Below, piece after piece: positions 63,521-64,000 of a stretch of DNA of 64,000 bases. The notes beneath the pieces are model-generated. The model ran no database searches, was not told the origin of the DNA, and saw only the letters and a list, made by a program, of their open reading frames with translations. Numbering within the stretch: the first letter of the stretch is position 1; every line of letters begins with the position of its first letter. This DNA comes from Lama glama. Taxonomy: Eukaryota. The stretch lies in NCBI GenBank assembly GCA_028534125.1, contig CM052818.1:15440001-15504000 (forward strand), in the 5' to 3' direction. A program made the translations under genes and the position numbers.

Positions 63521-64000
63521 TTTGGTAACTCCCTCCTTACTGGTCACAGTAATCGAAATGTTTAAGCTAATTCCTTTTTCTGTATTTACTCAGTATTAGT
63601 ACATACAGCCAAGGTTAACACATTGAGCTAATATTATCTCTGCCAGAAAGATTTTATTACTTGTTTTTCAGTATTTGCTTTCATTTAGTTAGATAGCTAC
63701 GTATGGTAGGCAGAGAATGTGGACGCAGACCAGGACTGAATATAAATAGAAAGCAGAGTTTGAGCTACCAGTTTATTTTCTTCTATAGTTTTCCAATAAA
63801 TAGATATCTTGTCAGCTTAACGTGTTTATCTGTTGTCTACTATGAGGTCATATACCTAACAGATACTTTGTGGTATTAATGACATACTGGATGTACTGGA
63901 AAGGAAAATTGTTGTTTTACTGAAGAGACTTGATGCCTAGCTTTTTATTTTGGTTCCTTCACAAGTTATTATAATTCAAAAATATTCTGTGCCTGGGCTC

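Overview
Mammalian non-coding DNA: AT-rich, CpG-depleted and dense in transposon fossils. It is very probably camelid (Camelus/Vicugna/Lama), judged from four tRNA-Ala-derived Vic-1-type SINEs and a camelid-type young L1 3'UTR. I found no recognisable protein-coding gene, rRNA, authentic tRNA, CRISPR or prokaryotic feature. The ORF track is mostly chance ORFs plus L1 ORF2 and CR1 RT remnants. Roughly half the window is nested repeats (L1 of several ages, L2, MIR, CR1/L3, MaLR/ERVL/ERV1 solo LTRs, hAT-Charlie and Tigger MITEs). There is a 500-N gap flanked by an artefactual ~150 bp duplication. The most notable structures are three 5'-inverted (twin-primed) L1s, two of which share almost the same internal breakpoint and form a long inverted repeat; many ancient CR1/L3 remnants; a CpG-retaining patch with splice donors at 4.2-4.8 kb; and a few unverified splice-site-defined small exon candidates. 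The window is most consistent with a long intron or intergenic region. I do not see support for a novel multi-gene biological system. Repeat family names come from recalled consensus similarity by eye, and boundaries without TSDs are approximate.
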